This document shows, in pieces, positions 62,415 through 64,000 of a stretch of 64,000 nucleotides of DNA. The number at the start of each line of letters is the position of its first letter. Position 1 is the first letter of the stretch. The notes under the pieces were generated by a model, which was not told where the DNA came from, searched no databases, and saw nothing but the letters and a program-made list of their open reading frames with translations. Origin of the DNA: an uncultured Actinomycetota bacterium (GTDB taxonomy: Bacteria > Actinomycetota > Actinomycetes > Propionibacteriales > Nocardioidaceae); assembly GCA_963767095.1 (NCBI GenBank), contig CAVYCK010000011.1:64199-128198 (forward strand), read 5' to 3'. Made by a program: the position numbers and the translations under genes.

Positions 62415-62482
62415 CGCCCCGTAACTGGCTCATGGCCCCCCCGTTGGCGGGCGCGGATCAGTCAGTAACGGCGCGTTACATG
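62408..62482. repeat. 75-bp imperfect palindromic element, family 2, copy 2; overlaps the AbiEi-gene stop codon
   Basis: CGTGTAACGCCCCGTAACTGGCT...AGTCAGTAACGGCGCGTTACATG; outer ends match the 51474-51549 element. Confidence 0.75.
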
Positions 62483-62600
62483 ACGAGAATCCGCCAGTTG
62501 TGCCCAGTTGTTTGTGCGTCCGCGCCGACGATCTCTAACGTCCGTTGCTACCCGCTCCCGAGCGGCTCGCAATTCATCTCCGGAAGGCAGATCCCACCTG

Positions 62601-63593
62601 ATGCGCACCCTCGTACGACGGCTCACGCCCGCTCTCGTCCTCCCGCTGCTCCTCGTCGGCGTGAGTCCCAGCCAGGCAGCCGATACAGACCGGGCCCCGC
62701 TGCTACGTGCCACGACCGACGTCGCGTCGTCCGAGGCACCAAGCTCGGCCGACGTCACCGCGGCGCTGACCAAGGCACCGGCGACGCTCGTGCCCGACAC
62801 CGCGCCGGTCAGCGCGATCTCGCAGGATGCGGTTGTCAGCGGCACCGTCACCGTGCCCCGCGATCCCGCCCGCCCGGTGCAGCTCGGACTGGCGAGGAGC
62901 GGTCTCGCCATCGGTCTGCCGGCCACCGACGCCGACACCTCGGTCGTGCGCGACGGCGTCAGCATCTTCCAGGACGCCGCGGCGGCGACGTCGTACGCCG
63001 TCAACCCGCTCGCCGGCGGAAGCGCGCAGTTCCTCGTCGCGATCGGGGGTTCGGACTCGCCCGAGGAGCACGCCTTCCCGATCGACGTCCCCGCCGGCGC
63101 GCTGCTGACCCTTACCGAGGACGGCGGCGCCCAGGTGGCTGGCGCCGACGGCTCGATGCTCGCCAGCATCCCAGCTCCGTGGGCGCGAGATGCGAACGGC
63201 CGTGCGATCCCCACGCACTTCACGATCGTCGACGGCGCGCTGGTCCAAATCGTCGAGCACAAGGGCTCCGGCGCCGCCTACCCAGTCCTCGCCGACCCGA
63301 GCATCTTCTCCTGCGACGCTTGGACCGCAACCTGCGTGAAGTTCACCAAGGCGGAGACGGTCGCGATTTCCAAGTACGCCAGCCCCGGTGTCGTTGGTGC
63401 GTTCGTCTACGCCGGCGCGGTGTGCGGCAAGATCCCGGTGCCGGTAGTGGCGGGAGGCTGCGCGCTCTACGTCAGCGTCTACTCCTACCTCCTGTCGAGG
63501 AGCTTCGACGGGGCCGCCGGAAGCGGAAAGTGCGTCGAAATGCACTTCTCAAGGATCGGAGCGCCGTTGTGGTGGAAGACGGAGTCGTGCTGA
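62601..63593 (+). CDS. Secreted precursor: signal peptide, pro-like domain ending YPVLADP, and a 97-aa Cys-rich hydrophobic C-terminal module
   Basis: MRTLVRR..SPSQA signal; APWARDANG..PTHF..LVQ.VEH..YPVLADP; six Cys after ADP. Confidence 0.75.
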   Translation: MRTLVRRLTPALVLPLLLVGVSPSQAADTDRAPLLRATTDVASSEAPSSADVTAALTKAPATLVPDTAPVSAISQDAVVSGTVTVPRDPARPVQLGLARSGLAIGLPATDADTSVVRDGVSIFQDAAAATSYAVNPLAGGSAQFLVAIGGSDSPEEHAFPIDVPAGALLTLTEDGGAQVAGADGSMLASIPAPWARDANGRAIPTHFTIVDGALVQIVEHKGSGAAYPVLADPSIFSCDAWTATCVKFTKAETVAISKYASPGVVGAFVYAGAVCGKIPVPVVAGGCALYVSVYSYLLSRSFDGAAGSGKCVEMHFSRIGAPLWWKTESC

Positions 63594-63790
63594 GAGACCC
63601 TGACGTACGACGCCGGCTCGCCATCGCCAGCACCGGTGCAGCGATAGCTCTGGTGGTCATCGTCGTCTTCTTCACACCTGAATCCCCACGCCAGTGGAGC
63701 ATGGCGGTGTTGCTCACCGGCGGGTTGGTCGTCGGCACCTGGATCAGCGAGGCGTTCTCGGCGCGAAAGAAGCGCCGCCAGCAACACTGA
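63587..63790 (+). CDS. Small basic two-TM membrane protein (candidate immunity protein)
   Basis: GTG overlaps the upstream stop; two hydrophobic helices; C-terminal ARKKRRQQH. Confidence 0.6.
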   Translation: MLRDPDVRRRLAIASTGAAIALVVIVVFFTPESPRQWSMAVLLTGGLVVGTWISEAFSARKKRRQQH

Positions 63791-64000
63791 CGGGGTGGAG
63801 CTTCGGGCACACCGGCTGCCAAGAACAGCCGGTGTGCCCGATGGGTGAGCGATGGTCGGAGTCTCCGCGACGCTTGGGGTCTGCCTCGAGGTTGGTGGAT
63901 GCGTGATCCGATGTTCATCAGGCTCGCGGCATGGATCGTGCGGTCCCCCATGTCGCGTTCTCGGCGGTCCACATCGCGAGCGTGATGCTGGGAATCTACG

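Noticed and set aside
117-63790. Many long Arg/Pro/Gly-rich alternative-frame and antisense ORFs (e.g. 117-2024, 18211-21102, 21285-24038, 27002-31177 N-terminal part)
   Set aside because: Shadow ORFs expected at very high GC; they have no family motifs and overlap well-supported genes.
63791-64000. Possible gene or mobile-element remnant at the window end
   Set aside because: No recognisable motifs or terminal repeats in the available sequence.

Overview
Very GC-rich actinobacterial chromosomal segment. Gene content and repeat style suggest Nocardioidaceae, which is an inference. Layout: 1-18150 is a choline/glycine-betaine uptake and catabolism cluster (3' end of an MttB-family methyltransferase, purU, IclR regulator, betB/betA, ABC and BCCT transporters, GcvT-family dimethylglycine/sarcosine dehydrogenase, ETF) whose promoters share tandem GTTGC-N7-GCAAC boxes. 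It is followed by peptidases, an RqlH-type helicase, an MFS pump, a SNF2/SWIM pair, a BkaR-type TetR with a leucine-catabolic operon, three sulfotransferase-fold paralogs, aat, fpg/nei, arcA, an adenylate cyclase next to a cNMP-binding protein, and pheA. The right end holds an AbiEi-domain gene and a secreted precursor with a Cys-rich C-terminal module plus an overlapping small membrane gene (candidate toxin/immunity pair). Non-coding structure includes two families of long intergenic palindromes (65 bp x3; about 75 bp x2), a REP-like mosaic array, and a candidate promoter-driven hairpin sRNA with a C-rich loop. About 25 apparent frameshifts in conserved genes most likely reflect sequencing or assembly indels. 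I saw no rRNA, tRNA, CRISPR array or transposase. Family assignments come from motif recognition by eye; no searches were run.
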